Below, one piece after another: positions 44,012 to 52,511 of a DNA stretch of 64,000 bases. The stretch is from an uncultured Dehalococcoidia bacterium (lineage in GTDB: Bacteria; Chloroflexota; Dehalococcoidia; Dehalococcoidales; UBA1222): the NCBI GenBank assembly GCA_903844845.1, contig CAIMVG010000021.1, forward strand, positions 70,992 to 134,991, read 5' to 3'. The notes under the pieces are model-generated. The model made no database searches. It had not been told where the DNA came from and was given only the letters and a program-made list of their open reading frames with translations. Position numbers and translations under genes: made by a program. Numbering within the stretch: position 1 is the first letter of the stretch; each line of letters opens with the position of its first letter.

Positions 44012-45748
44012 TTGATTATGCCTAAAACCGACCTTATTCTCCTCCATGCGCCCCACGTGTACGACTTCCGCAAGGTGCCGCAGTTATACGGCCCTGTCAG
44101 CGACCTCGTGCTTTCCACCCCCATCTTCGAGATGTATCCCGTCGGCCTTTCCAGTATTTCGGAGTATCTCGAAAAAGCGGGTTTCAGGGTGCGCATCGTC
44201 AACCTCGCCTGGCGCATGCTGCGCGACGCGAGATTCGACGCCGAGGATTTCATCAAAAAACTCGACGCGCCTGTATTCGGCATCGACCTTCACTGGATGG
44301 TGCACGCTCACGGTTCGATAGAGATAGCCAAGCTGGTGAGGAAACATCACCCGGAAGCCAAAATCATCTTCGGCGGTTTCTCGTCATCCCGTTTCTACAA
44401 AGAACTCATCCAGTATCCGGCAGTGGATTTCGTTATGCGGGGAGACTCCACCGAAGAGCCTATGAAACAGTTTATGCAGGCCCTGAAAGCCGGGGATTTA
44501 AGCACGGTGCCCAACCTGGTCTGGAAAGACGCGGACGGGCAGGTACAAGAGAACGAATTCAGCTACGTGCCCAGCGATATCAGCCACGTGATGGGCAACC
44601 ATTACGGCAACGTGGTGCGGCAGGTCCTGCGCTACCACGATCTCGCGAGCGTCGTTCCATTCAAGGGCTGGCTGAAATACCCTGTTACGGCCGTATTCAC
44701 CTGCCGCGGCTGTAATTACAACTGCATCTTCTGCAGCGGCGCAAAAAATGCCATGCCTGGCTTTGCCAATCGTAAGGCCCCTGCCTATCGCACCGCCGAA
44801 GATATCTATAACGACATAAAAAACATAAGCAACATTTCCCGCGGCCCCATCCTCCTGGTCGGGGACATCCGCGAAGGCGGGCACGACAGGGCGCAGGACC
44901 TGATGGGCCTTTTGGAAGCCCATCCGGTAAAGAACACCCTTATGTTCGAGGCGTTCAACCCCATGTCGCCGGAGTTCGTCAGGGAACTGGCGAAAGCGGC
45001 GCCCGGTTTTTCGCTCGACATGTCCCCCGAATCGCATGACCCGGAGGTGCGCAAGGTTTCGCTGGGCAGGAGCTTTACCAACGAAGCCATGGAGAAAATG
45101 ATTGAAACCGCGCTTGAAATCGGTGCGAGCCGTGTGGAGATTTTCTTTATGATAGGGCTCCACAAGCAGACGCGGCAATCGGTTCTCGACACCATCGATT
45201 ACTGCGAATACCTGCTGAAGAAGTTCAAGGCGGACAAGCGCCTCTTCCTCTTCATGGGGCACCAGGCCCCGTTCATGGCTCCGGGGAGCCTGGCTTTCGA
45301 GCATCCCGAACAATACGGCTTCAAACTGCTTTACAAAACGCTGGAGGAGCACCGCCGGGCCCTTACCCTGCCCAGTTGGAAATTCAGCCTGAACTACGAA
45401 ACCGAGTGGCTGTCGCGCGACGCGATCACCGACGTGACCTACGAAGCCATCGCGCGCCTGACGAAGCTCAAGGCCAAATACGGGCAGATGGCGCAGGCAG
45501 AAGCAGACAGGCAGCTTGAGCGCATCGAAAGCGCTAAAAAGCTTGAAGCCAGGATCGAAGAGCTTATCGAAGCAGGGCGCATGGACGAAATCGCCGCCCT
45601 TCAGCCCGAGATGGACCGTATCAACGGCTTCCGCGCCGCTGAGCGGCTGGAACTTGAGATACCCGTGGGCCTGGTGCGCCTGCGTTACTTCTCGGCCGTC
45701 AAGAGCCTGTTTTCGGGGCGGAAAAAGAAACCCGCCGCCGCCAAATAA
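44012..45748 (+). CDS. B12-binding domain / radical SAM domain protein (class B), paralog 2
   Basis: Colinear with 39801..41504 (TDLILLHAPHVYDFRKVPQLYGPVSDLVLSTP identical); radical SAM cluster CNYNCIFC. The DNA is strongly diverged at synonymous sites. Confidence 0.85.
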   Translation: MIMPKTDLILLHAPHVYDFRKVPQLYGPVSDLVLSTPIFEMYPVGLSSISEYLEKAGFRVRIVNLAWRMLRDARFDAEDFIKKLDAPVFGIDLHWMVHAHGSIEIAKLVRKHHPEAKIIFGGFSSSRFYKELIQYPAVDFVMRGDSTEEPMKQFMQALKAGDLSTVPNLVWKDADGQVQENEFSYVPSDISHVMGNHYGNVVRQVLRYHDLASVVPFKGWLKYPVTAVFTCRGCNYNCIFCSGAKNAMPGFANRKAPAYRTAEDIYNDIKNISNISRGPILLVGDIREGGHDRAQDLMGLLEAHPVKNTLMFEAFNPMSPEFVRELAKAAPGFSLDMSPESHDPEVRKVSLGRSFTNEAMEKMIETALEIGASRVEIFFMIGLHKQTRQSVLDTIDYCEYLLKKFKADKRLFLFMGHQAPFMAPGSLAFEHPEQYGFKLLYKTLEEHRRALTLPSWKFSLNYETEWLSRDAITDVTYEAIARLTKLKAKYGQMAQAEADRQLERIESAKKLEARIEELIEAGRMDEIAALQPEMDRINGFRAAERLELEIPVGLVRLRYFSAVKSLFSGRKKKPAAAK

Positions 45749-45775
45749 TAGATATTTCAAGACAGGTTTTATAGA

Positions 45776-46717
45776 ATGGACCGAACTAAATTAAACGCCT
45801 GGATACAGGTACAGAAACTGCCCCGACACTCGAACGACATTTTTTCGTTCATCCTCGGCTCTGTGCTGGCCTGGTATCATACCGGCCATTTCAGCTGGCT
45901 GGTTTTTCTCGCCTCCCTTCTGGCTGTATTTTTCATCGCCAACGGGATATATCTCACCAACGAAGCCCAGGACTACGAGGGCGACAGGCGCAACGTTGAA
46001 CGCATCGGGGTCGGCGGGGGCATGAACCTGACCAGCACCGGCGGTACCCAGGTGCTGGTGCGCGGGCACCTCAGGAAAGAGCATGTCCAGCTGGTTGGGA
46101 TGCTGTTCTTCGCCGCCGCCGTACCGCTGGGGCTGATCGTGCAGTTCGTCGGCAAGACCGGGCCGCTGACCATCCCGTTGGGAGCACTCGGCATCCTTAT
46201 CACCTACAGCTATTCCAACCCGCCGGTCAAGGCCTCTTACCGCGGCCTCGGCGAGACTTTCATGATGCTCGGTTACGCCATGCTAGTCTTTACCGCCTAT
46301 TACATCCAGGCCGGTCCGAGCTGGCTTCCCCTGCTGGTCGCCCTGCCTCGCATACTGACCGTCCCGGCCCTGAAGCTTATACGCAATTTCCCCGACGCGA
46401 CCGCCGACGCCGCATCCGGCAAGCGTACTTCAGTGGTCATCTTTGGGAAAGAGCGCATGCACTACGTGTACATCGCGCTGGTCGCCGGGGCCATCCTGTC
46501 TTTCGTTTTCGCCGCCGTGGTTTCTAAATCGATCTTCGTTTTGCTGAACATCTGGCCCGCCTGGCTGTTTGTGCAGAGCGTTATCCCGGTAGTCAACGGG
46601 GGGTGGCGCGAAAGGGCAGGGCTGGAGATGGCCTGTAAAAAGGGCTTCCAGGGTTTGCTGCTGATACCGGTCACCCTAGCTTTGACTTTCCTGCTGAACG
46701 GCTGGCTGCACATCTGA
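45776..46717 (+). CDS. UbiA family prenyltransferase
   Basis: 313 aa, 8-9 TM helices, Asp-rich motif NEAQDYEGDRRN (N...D...D), and a second polar patch DATADAASGKRT. Confidence 0.8.
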   Translation: MDRTKLNAWIQVQKLPRHSNDIFSFILGSVLAWYHTGHFSWLVFLASLLAVFFIANGIYLTNEAQDYEGDRRNVERIGVGGGMNLTSTGGTQVLVRGHLRKEHVQLVGMLFFAAAVPLGLIVQFVGKTGPLTIPLGALGILITYSYSNPPVKASYRGLGETFMMLGYAMLVFTAYYIQAGPSWLPLLVALPRILTVPALKLIRNFPDATADAASGKRTSVVIFGKERMHYVYIALVAGAILSFVFAAVVSKSIFVLLNIWPAWLFVQSVIPVVNGGWRERAGLEMACKKGFQGLLLIPVTLALTFLLNGWLHI

Positions 46718-46760
46718 CAACAGCTTGTACCGGTCAGTTTTCCCCTTTCGGATAAAAAAA

Positions 46761-46790
46761 GAGGCAGAGCTGGATCTGCCCCTTTTTTTT
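46761..46790 (+). terminator. Intrinsic terminator after the UbiA gene
   Basis: GAGGCAGAgctggaTCTGCCCC followed by T8 and preceded by an A-run. Confidence 0.65.
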
Positions 46791-46910
46791 GTCATCCCGG
46801 GCCGTGACCCGGGATCCATTTCCCAAACTTTTGGTTGACCGGATTGTGTCATACACGAGCCGCAAATCAATATTTCATTCTCGAGCCGCAGACTCGGGAA
46901 TCCAGAATGA
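46791..46910 (+). repeat. Two hairpin repeats of the GTCAT...ATCCAG family
   Basis: 46791 GTCAT|CCCGGGcc-gtg-aCCCGGG|ATCCAT. 46874 TTCAT|TCTCGAG..CTCGGGA|ATCCAGAAT. Confidence 0.8.
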
Positions 46911-46966
46911 ACCCGCGGCGCGGCTTTCTTGGGTTAATACTCTAAAGTTCCCGTTCGTCCTGACCG

Positions 46967-47698
46967 CTACTTTGGCAGTCCCTGTTTATAGGGCGGCTCG
47001 GTGTTCTGCCGCAGTGACACGAGGTATTTGAAGATTTCCTCGCCGGTACGGTATTTCCTGCGATCGTATTTGTCGTAATGCACTATGTCCTCGAAAGGGC
47101 GGCGGTATGACGGTCCCGGCTTGTAGGCGGGGTAGCCGATGGCCGCCATCGTCTGTACTTCCAGTATCTCCGGGATGTCCAGTATTTTTTTTAGTGCCTG
47201 GCCCCAGGGCCGGTTGACGCTTATCCATTCCGAGCCCAGACCTGCGGCCGCTGCGGCGAGGTGCAGGTTTTGCGTGGCGTTCGCCATGTTCTTGAGATAG
47301 ATCGCGTCCGAAGCCCCTTCGGTCACCAGGAAATTGGCCCCGAGCACCGTCGCCTGGTAGGTACGGCGGTCCCCAACTATGACTATCAATACCGGAGCGT
47401 CCTTGAAGCTGGGTTCGGCGAGGGGTGTGCGGAGGTGGTGGTGCCTTATCTCAGGGACACGGGTCTGCTCGATAACATAGGCTTCGTTATTTGGTACCAG
47501 CCATGAATCCAGTACCCGCGCTTTTACCAGCGGGTCCCTGACCACCACGAATTCCCAGGGCTGGGCGTTGGCGCCCGACATGGCCCAGCGGCCTGCTTCT
47601 AGGATCTTTTCGAGAAGTTCTTCGGGAACCGCCTCATTCTTGAAGCGCCGGATGCTCCTGCGCGTGTGCACCAGGTCCAGAAATCCGTCGATGTTCAT
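46967..47698 (-). CDS. Nitroreductase family protein (tandem paralog 3 of 3)
   Basis: RRS.RRFK...VP......L.AGRWAMSGANAQPWEFVVV ... GDRR.YQ ... NA.QN..LAA.A.GLG. A 4-nt overlap links it to the upstream paralog. Confidence 0.88.
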   Translation of the reverse strand: MNIDGFLDLVHTRRSIRRFKNEAVPEELLEKILEAGRWAMSGANAQPWEFVVVRDPLVKARVLDSWLVPNNEAYVIEQTRVPEIRHHHLRTPLAEPSFKDAPVLIVIVGDRRTYQATVLGANFLVTEGASDAIYLKNMANATQNLHLAAAAAGLGSEWISVNRPWGQALKKILDIPEILEVQTMAAIGYPAYKPGPSYRRPFEDIVHYDKYDRRKYRTGEEIFKYLVSLRQNTEPPYKQGLPK

Positions 47699-48444
47699 GG
47701 CTGTTCCTTCCTGGGCATGTAGCCCAGCCTGTAGGGTATTTCCGTGGCTGTTCTCAAGGAATAGAGGAAGTTCTGGATATCGCCCGCGGAGCGTTCCCTC
47801 CCGGGATCGTACTTGTCATAATGTACAATATCTTTCAACGGTCTGCGCGAACCCGGAACCGGGAGGTATGCGGGATATCCCAGCGCCACCATCGTGTGCA
47901 CCTCCAGCATGTCGGGTATGTCGAGTATTCGTTTGATAGCGTCAGCCCAGACCCGCGTGATGCTTATCCACATCGCGCCGAGGCCGGCCGCCGAGGCCGC
48001 GAGGTTGACGTTCTGTGTGGAATTGGCCATGTTCTTGAGGTAGATGGCGTCTGCGGCTCCCTCGGTGACGAGGTATGGAGCCCCCAGTACCGTTCCCTGG
48101 TAGGTCCTCCGGTCGCCGAGGATAACGACCAGCACCGGTGCGCTTTTAAAGGCGGCCGTGGCCGCAAATTCGCGCAGGGGAGTGAGGCGCAGTGCCTCTA
48201 CCCGTGACTGCTCGATGGCGTACATCTCTTTATGCGGTTCGAACCATGATTCGGCCAGTTTGGCGAGCAGCGCCGCGTCCCTGACGGCCACGAATTCCCA
48301 GGGCTGGGCGTTGGCACCCGACATTGCCCATCGGCCTGCCTCGAGTACCTTATTGAGTATTTCGGTCGGGACGGAGTCCGGCTTGAAACGGCGCATGCTC
48401 CTGCGCGAGCGCACCAGGTCCAAGAAATCATCTATTTTCGTCAT
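47695..48444 (-). CDS. Nitroreductase family protein (tandem paralog 2 of 3)
   Basis: Same motifs, colinear with both neighbours, with 4-nt overlaps on both sides. Confidence 0.88.
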   Translation of the reverse strand: MTKIDDFLDLVRSRRSMRRFKPDSVPTEILNKVLEAGRWAMSGANAQPWEFVAVRDAALLAKLAESWFEPHKEMYAIEQSRVEALRLTPLREFAATAAFKSAPVLVVILGDRRTYQGTVLGAPYLVTEGAADAIYLKNMANSTQNVNLAASAAGLGAMWISITRVWADAIKRILDIPDMLEVHTMVALGYPAYLPVPGSRRPLKDIVHYDKYDPGRERSAGDIQNFLYSLRTATEIPYRLGYMPRKEQP

Positions 48445-49190
48445 ATCTGCCTTTCCACATCGTCCTTTCCATATCTGTCGTATCCCGGAGCCGTAGTCCG
48501 GCGCAGTTTCAGGATGAACCGCTGTACATCCTCGCCGGTGCGGTATTTGGAGAGGTCATAAGCGTTCCTGTGCACTATATCAGATAAAGGCCTGCGATGC
48601 CCTGGTTTTGGCTCAGAAGCCGGTTTGCCGATGGCTGCCAGCGTATGCACGTCCAGTATCTCGGGGATGCGCAATATCTCTTTCAGAGACTGCCCCCAGA
48701 TGCGGCTGACACTGACCCATTGCGAACTCAGTCCCAGTGCGGCGGCAGCCATGTGTATATTTTGTGTGGCATTGCCCACGTTTTTTAGATAAGTCGAATC
48801 GGTGCCGCCCTCGCCCCAGAGGTAATTGGCGGCGAGAACTGTGGCCTGGTAGGTACGGCGGTCTCCGAGTACCACGATGAAAACCGGCGCGTCCCTGAAT
48901 CCCGGAAATATCTCGAGGTTCCGGAAGTTCGGGTGCCGGAACTCGGGGCGGCGGGCCTGTTCGGCGGCGTATACCTCTTTACGCGGTTCGAGCCACGAAT
49001 CTAAGATTCGCCCTTTGACTGCCGGATCGTCGACGACCACGAATTCCCATGGCTGGGCGTTGGCGCCCGACATGGCCCAGCGGGCGGCCTCCAGTATCTT
49101 ATCGACGTCACCGGGTGGGATCGGATCAGGCTTGAACCTGCGGGCGCTTCTTCGCGCGCGCACCAGTGTCAAATAATCGTCTATCTGCAT
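48441..49190 (-). CDS. Nitroreductase family protein (tandem paralog 1 of 3)
   Basis: Same motifs. First gene of the three-gene minus-strand unit. Confidence 0.88.
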   Translation of the reverse strand: MQIDDYLTLVRARRSARRFKPDPIPPGDVDKILEAARWAMSGANAQPWEFVVVDDPAVKGRILDSWLEPRKEVYAAEQARRPEFRHPNFRNLEIFPGFRDAPVFIVVLGDRRTYQATVLAANYLWGEGGTDSTYLKNVGNATQNIHMAAAALGLSSQWVSVSRIWGQSLKEILRIPEILDVHTLAAIGKPASEPKPGHRRPLSDIVHRNAYDLSKYRTGEDVQRFILKLRRTTAPGYDRYGKDDVERQI

Positions 49191-49366
49191 AGGTTTCTCC
49201 CGGCAGTGTGTGCCTGCCAGCTTTCATTCTACATCGATATCGGGACCTGCACATGGGTCCCCGGGGCTCATGACAGCCTTCGTGACCGGTGGTATATTTG
49301 GCAGAACGGCACACGGCGGCCGCTGGTTAAGGGCGCTCACACAATTTTTCACAGGAGATAGAATTT

Positions 49367-50371
49367 TTGAGATTCAATAGATGGTTTGCACCTATTTCTT
49401 GCGTGGTTTCCTTCTTGTTGCTGGCAACCGGCGCCCTGGCCTGTAAATCGAATGACGGACCGACTGCGGTTCCCACCGTCAACATGGTGATGGCTACCCC
49501 TTTCAACACCTGGCTTTGTACTTACGGTATCCGCGAAGGTCTCGTTAAATCCGACAAAGTGAACGTAAATATCACCCTCGCGGCGGACTACGACACCCAG
49601 ATGATGGCGGGCAATTACCCGATGGGCGGTCTTTCCACCGCGACCTTCGCAGTTGCTACCCAGAACAACCACGTTGCGCTCGAAGCGCTCAGCACTTTTA
49701 TCGTCCAGGCCGGCTCGCAGTCTGCCTTGGGCGTCAACTACATCATGACACTCGCCGGCGCCAAGATTTCAACTCCAAAAGATCTGGTTGGCAAGAAAGT
49801 TGGTGTTCCCGACCTCACCGGCAGCGGCACCAGCGCTTTCCTCGCTTTGCTCAAAAAGGATTACGGCATCGATGAAAGCCAGCTTACCCTGGTCGACAAA
49901 TCCAACACCCTGCTGCTTCAGCTTCTTAAAAGCGGCGGCATCGATGCCGCACTCCTGGGGCAGAATACCGGCGTTCAGGCGTACCTGGACACTGCGACTT
50001 ACAGATCCATCTGGAATATCGATGAAACGTTCATCCACGATTACGGCACCCCTTTTGTTGCTTCACTCCTTGTCGTCGACAGCGCTTACCACAAAGCGAA
50101 CGCTTCTGCCGTCAAAGCAGCCTATGACCTGCTCAAACAATCCAACACTTACGGCGAACAGCACATCGCAGAACTCGCTCCCCTGTATGCTGCCCAATTC
50201 GGTCAAACGGCCGATTTCTACCAGACCGTCTTCAATGAGCATTCTAAATCGACACTGAACCTCATCGACAGTAAAACACAGGCATCGCTCACCGCGATAT
50301 TCCAATTCGTAATGGACAGGGGAGTCATCACTTCCTTGCCGGATCCCAAGGTGGTTTTCAAGAACCCGTAA
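49367..50371 (+). CDS. ABC transporter substrate-binding lipoprotein (NMT1/THI5-like, NitT/TauT family)
   Basis: Signal peptide with lipobox-like LATGALAC, periplasmic binding fold, followed by the cognate permease and ATPase. Confidence 0.75.
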   Translation: MRFNRWFAPISCVVSFLLLATGALACKSNDGPTAVPTVNMVMATPFNTWLCTYGIREGLVKSDKVNVNITLAADYDTQMMAGNYPMGGLSTATFAVATQNNHVALEALSTFIVQAGSQSALGVNYIMTLAGAKISTPKDLVGKKVGVPDLTGSGTSAFLALLKKDYGIDESQLTLVDKSNTLLLQLLKSGGIDAALLGQNTGVQAYLDTATYRSIWNIDETFIHDYGTPFVASLLVVDSAYHKANASAVKAAYDLLKQSNTYGEQHIAELAPLYAAQFGQTADFYQTVFNEHSKSTLNLIDSKTQASLTAIFQFVMDRGVITSLPDPKVVFKNP

Positions 50372-50472
50372 CCGGGTTATAACAATCATGGCTGCGCCAG
50401 GCGGTTGAACCGGGAAGTCACCGCCGGGCGGCACGTAAAAAGGCGCAGGATAAGTTATGAATCGCAGTATGT

Positions 50473-51258
50473 GTGTCCGGGTGGGTGCGGGGAGTGCGTA
50501 AACTTGCCCTGCCCGCGTTGGCTATCGTCGCCTTTATCGCTACCTGGTGGATACTGGCAGCGTCCGCTCGTTCCGGTTTGTTGCCGAATCCCTTGCAAAC
50601 GGTCGTCGCGCTCTACCAGCGGCTGACCGCTCCCCGGGGTTTCAATCATGTCGGCGTGACCGTTTACCGCGTTTTCCTGGGCACGCTCATCGGCGCCGTC
50701 GCCGGGATAGTGCTAGGGGTGGCTACCCGCTACAGCAAACTGGCCGAGGCCGCGGTACGCTCCGTTATCTACCCGCTCCTGCAGGCTGTGCCCACTATCT
50801 GCTGGGCCCTGGTATTCGTCCTCTGGTTCGGGCTGCATGATACGACGCCGATATTGACTATCGCCGTAGCGGCCGCCCCTTTCTTCCTCATCAATGTTTG
50901 GGAGGGCATGAAGGAATTGGACGCTAACCTCATCGAAATGGCTTCGTCCTACACCCACAACAAGGGCAGGATACTCGGCAAGGTCATCCTCCCGATGCTT
51001 TACCCATACCTGTTCGCCGCAGCCAAGAGCGGCTTTTCAACCGCCTGGAAGATAGTCGTACCTGCTGAGATATTCGGTTCCACCAGCGGGATGGGATACA
51101 TGCTTTCCATCGCTTTCGAGAGCTACCGAATTGCCGACGTGTTCGGCTGGACACTGGCTTTTGCGATAATAATCATCATTTTTGATTACGGTTTGTTTAA
51201 TTTTGTGGATAAAAGGTATATGCGCAAATGGAAAACCCCGGAACTGAAGCCCTCGTAA
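50473..51258 (+). CDS. ABC transporter permease (NitT/TauT family)
   Basis: Six TM helices and an EAA-like loop (MKELDANLIEMASSY..NKGRIL..V.LP). Confidence 0.8.
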   Translation: MSGWVRGVRKLALPALAIVAFIATWWILAASARSGLLPNPLQTVVALYQRLTAPRGFNHVGVTVYRVFLGTLIGAVAGIVLGVATRYSKLAEAAVRSVIYPLLQAVPTICWALVFVLWFGLHDTTPILTIAVAAAPFFLINVWEGMKELDANLIEMASSYTHNKGRILGKVILPMLYPYLFAAAKSGFSTAWKIVVPAEIFGSTSGMGYMLSIAFESYRIADVFGWTLAFAIIIIIFDYGLFNFVDKRYMRKWKTPELKPS

Positions 51259-52013
51259 TAAAGGACCTGCGCAAGGGATACGGTCCGCTCGAGGTGCTGT
51301 CGGGCATCAGCTTCAGTGTGGCACGGGGCGAACTGGTCTGTATCCTCGGTCCTTCTGGATGCGGCAAGACTACCATATTGCGCATCGCCGCCGGGCTTAT
51401 ACCCTTCGATTCGGGCGAAGTAGTGATAAACGGAGAGGACATCGGGAAGAACCGTAACGGCCTCAGGAATGTGTCGGTTGTGTTCCAGGAACCCAGGCTG
51501 CTGCCGTGGAGGAACGCGCGGAAGAATGTTCAGCTTTCGCTGGAACTGCGCAAGGATTCCCACGGGGAGGAAGGGACTGCTGAGGTTGACTCTGCCCTTG
51601 AACTGGTTGGGCTGTCGGATTTTGCCGGGTCCTATCCTCACGAACTCAGCGGCGGGATGAAACAGCGGGTTGCCCTCGCCCGCGCCATCGTCACCGAACC
51701 TGAAATCCTGTTCATGGACGAACCGCTGACCGGGCTGGATATGCGCAACCGCGAGGAACTGCAGGACGAGATAGTGCGGATATGGAGCAATAAGAAGGTC
51801 AGCCTGCTGCTGGTGACCCACGACCCGGCCGAGGCCATCCATATGGCCGACCGCATCATTGTCCTTTCCGGGCGCCCGACGCGCATCAAGAGCATCATCG
51901 GGGTCAAATCACCGAGGCCCCGCCCGCGTGATTCCTCCGAAGTACGCGAGCTCGAGAAAACTATACGCGGCCTGTTCGCCGGCGAAAGTATCGGAGAGAG
52001 CCCTCCCCGATGA
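51228..52013 (+). CDS. ABC transporter ATP-binding protein (NitT/TauT family)
   Basis: Walker A GPSGCGKTT, signature LSGGMKQRV, Walker B ILFMDEPL. Overlaps the permease gene by 31 nt. Confidence 0.9.
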   Translation: MENPGTEALVIKDLRKGYGPLEVLSGISFSVARGELVCILGPSGCGKTTILRIAAGLIPFDSGEVVINGEDIGKNRNGLRNVSVVFQEPRLLPWRNARKNVQLSLELRKDSHGEEGTAEVDSALELVGLSDFAGSYPHELSGGMKQRVALARAIVTEPEILFMDEPLTGLDMRNREELQDEIVRIWSNKKVSLLLVTHDPAEAIHMADRIIVLSGRPTRIKSIIGVKSPRPRPRDSSEVRELEKTIRGLFAGESIGESPPR

Positions 52014-52043
52014 ACCCGGTTATCTGTTAAGATAAGCGCCAGG

Positions 52044-52433
52044 ATGACTCGTACAAAACTATCCTGGGTACTTTTCGTGTCTTTACTGGCATTGATTGCC
52101 GCTGGGCTGACACTGCCCCGGCTGCTGCGAATGGGCGGAGACAGCAGAACGTTCATTTTCCCTCTAGGAGTATTGGGAATTTTATTGGTTGTTATCGCGG
52201 CACGCGTCAAAACAGCCGGGTGGCTGAGATTCTTTTTTATGCTTGTTGGCCTTTCAGCCTTCGGATTGCCCGCCGATCTTTTCGTGCATGATCAACTGTT
52301 CAAAATATGGCCGGCCGAACCTGTTACGTACGTTGTGCTTTTTTACATATTGCCTTTAACTTTCGTAATCGGGGTTTTGGGTACTATAATCACAGGGCTG
52401 GCATATTTGTTTTCCAAATCCGCGAAAAACTAA
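52044..52433 (+). CDS. Hypothetical membrane protein (129 aa, four TM segments)
   Basis: ORF with four hydrophobic helices. No motif recognised. Confidence 0.5.
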   Translation: MTRTKLSWVLFVSLLALIAAGLTLPRLLRMGGDSRTFIFPLGVLGILLVVIAARVKTAGWLRFFFMLVGLSAFGLPADLFVHDQLFKIWPAEPVTYVVLFYILPLTFVIGVLGTIITGLAYLFSKSAKN

Positions 52434-52463
52434 AAACAGTTCTATATTCGTTGGTAAACACCG

Positions 52464-52493
52464 GGGCCCCTTACAGTCGTAAGGGGCCCTTTA
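52464..52493. terminator. Hairpin between convergent genes
   Basis: GGGCCCCTTAC-agtc-GTAAGGGGCCC is a perfect 11-bp stem followed by TTTAT. Confidence 0.65.
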
Positions 52494-52511
52494 TCGCTCC
52501 GGTAAAAAGGC

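Noticed and set aside
44498-45760. 420-aa minus-strand ORF
   Set aside because: It lies antisense within the B12/radical SAM gene 44012..45748. It is a shadow ORF; the analogous antisense ORF occurs opposite the paralog (40314..41075).
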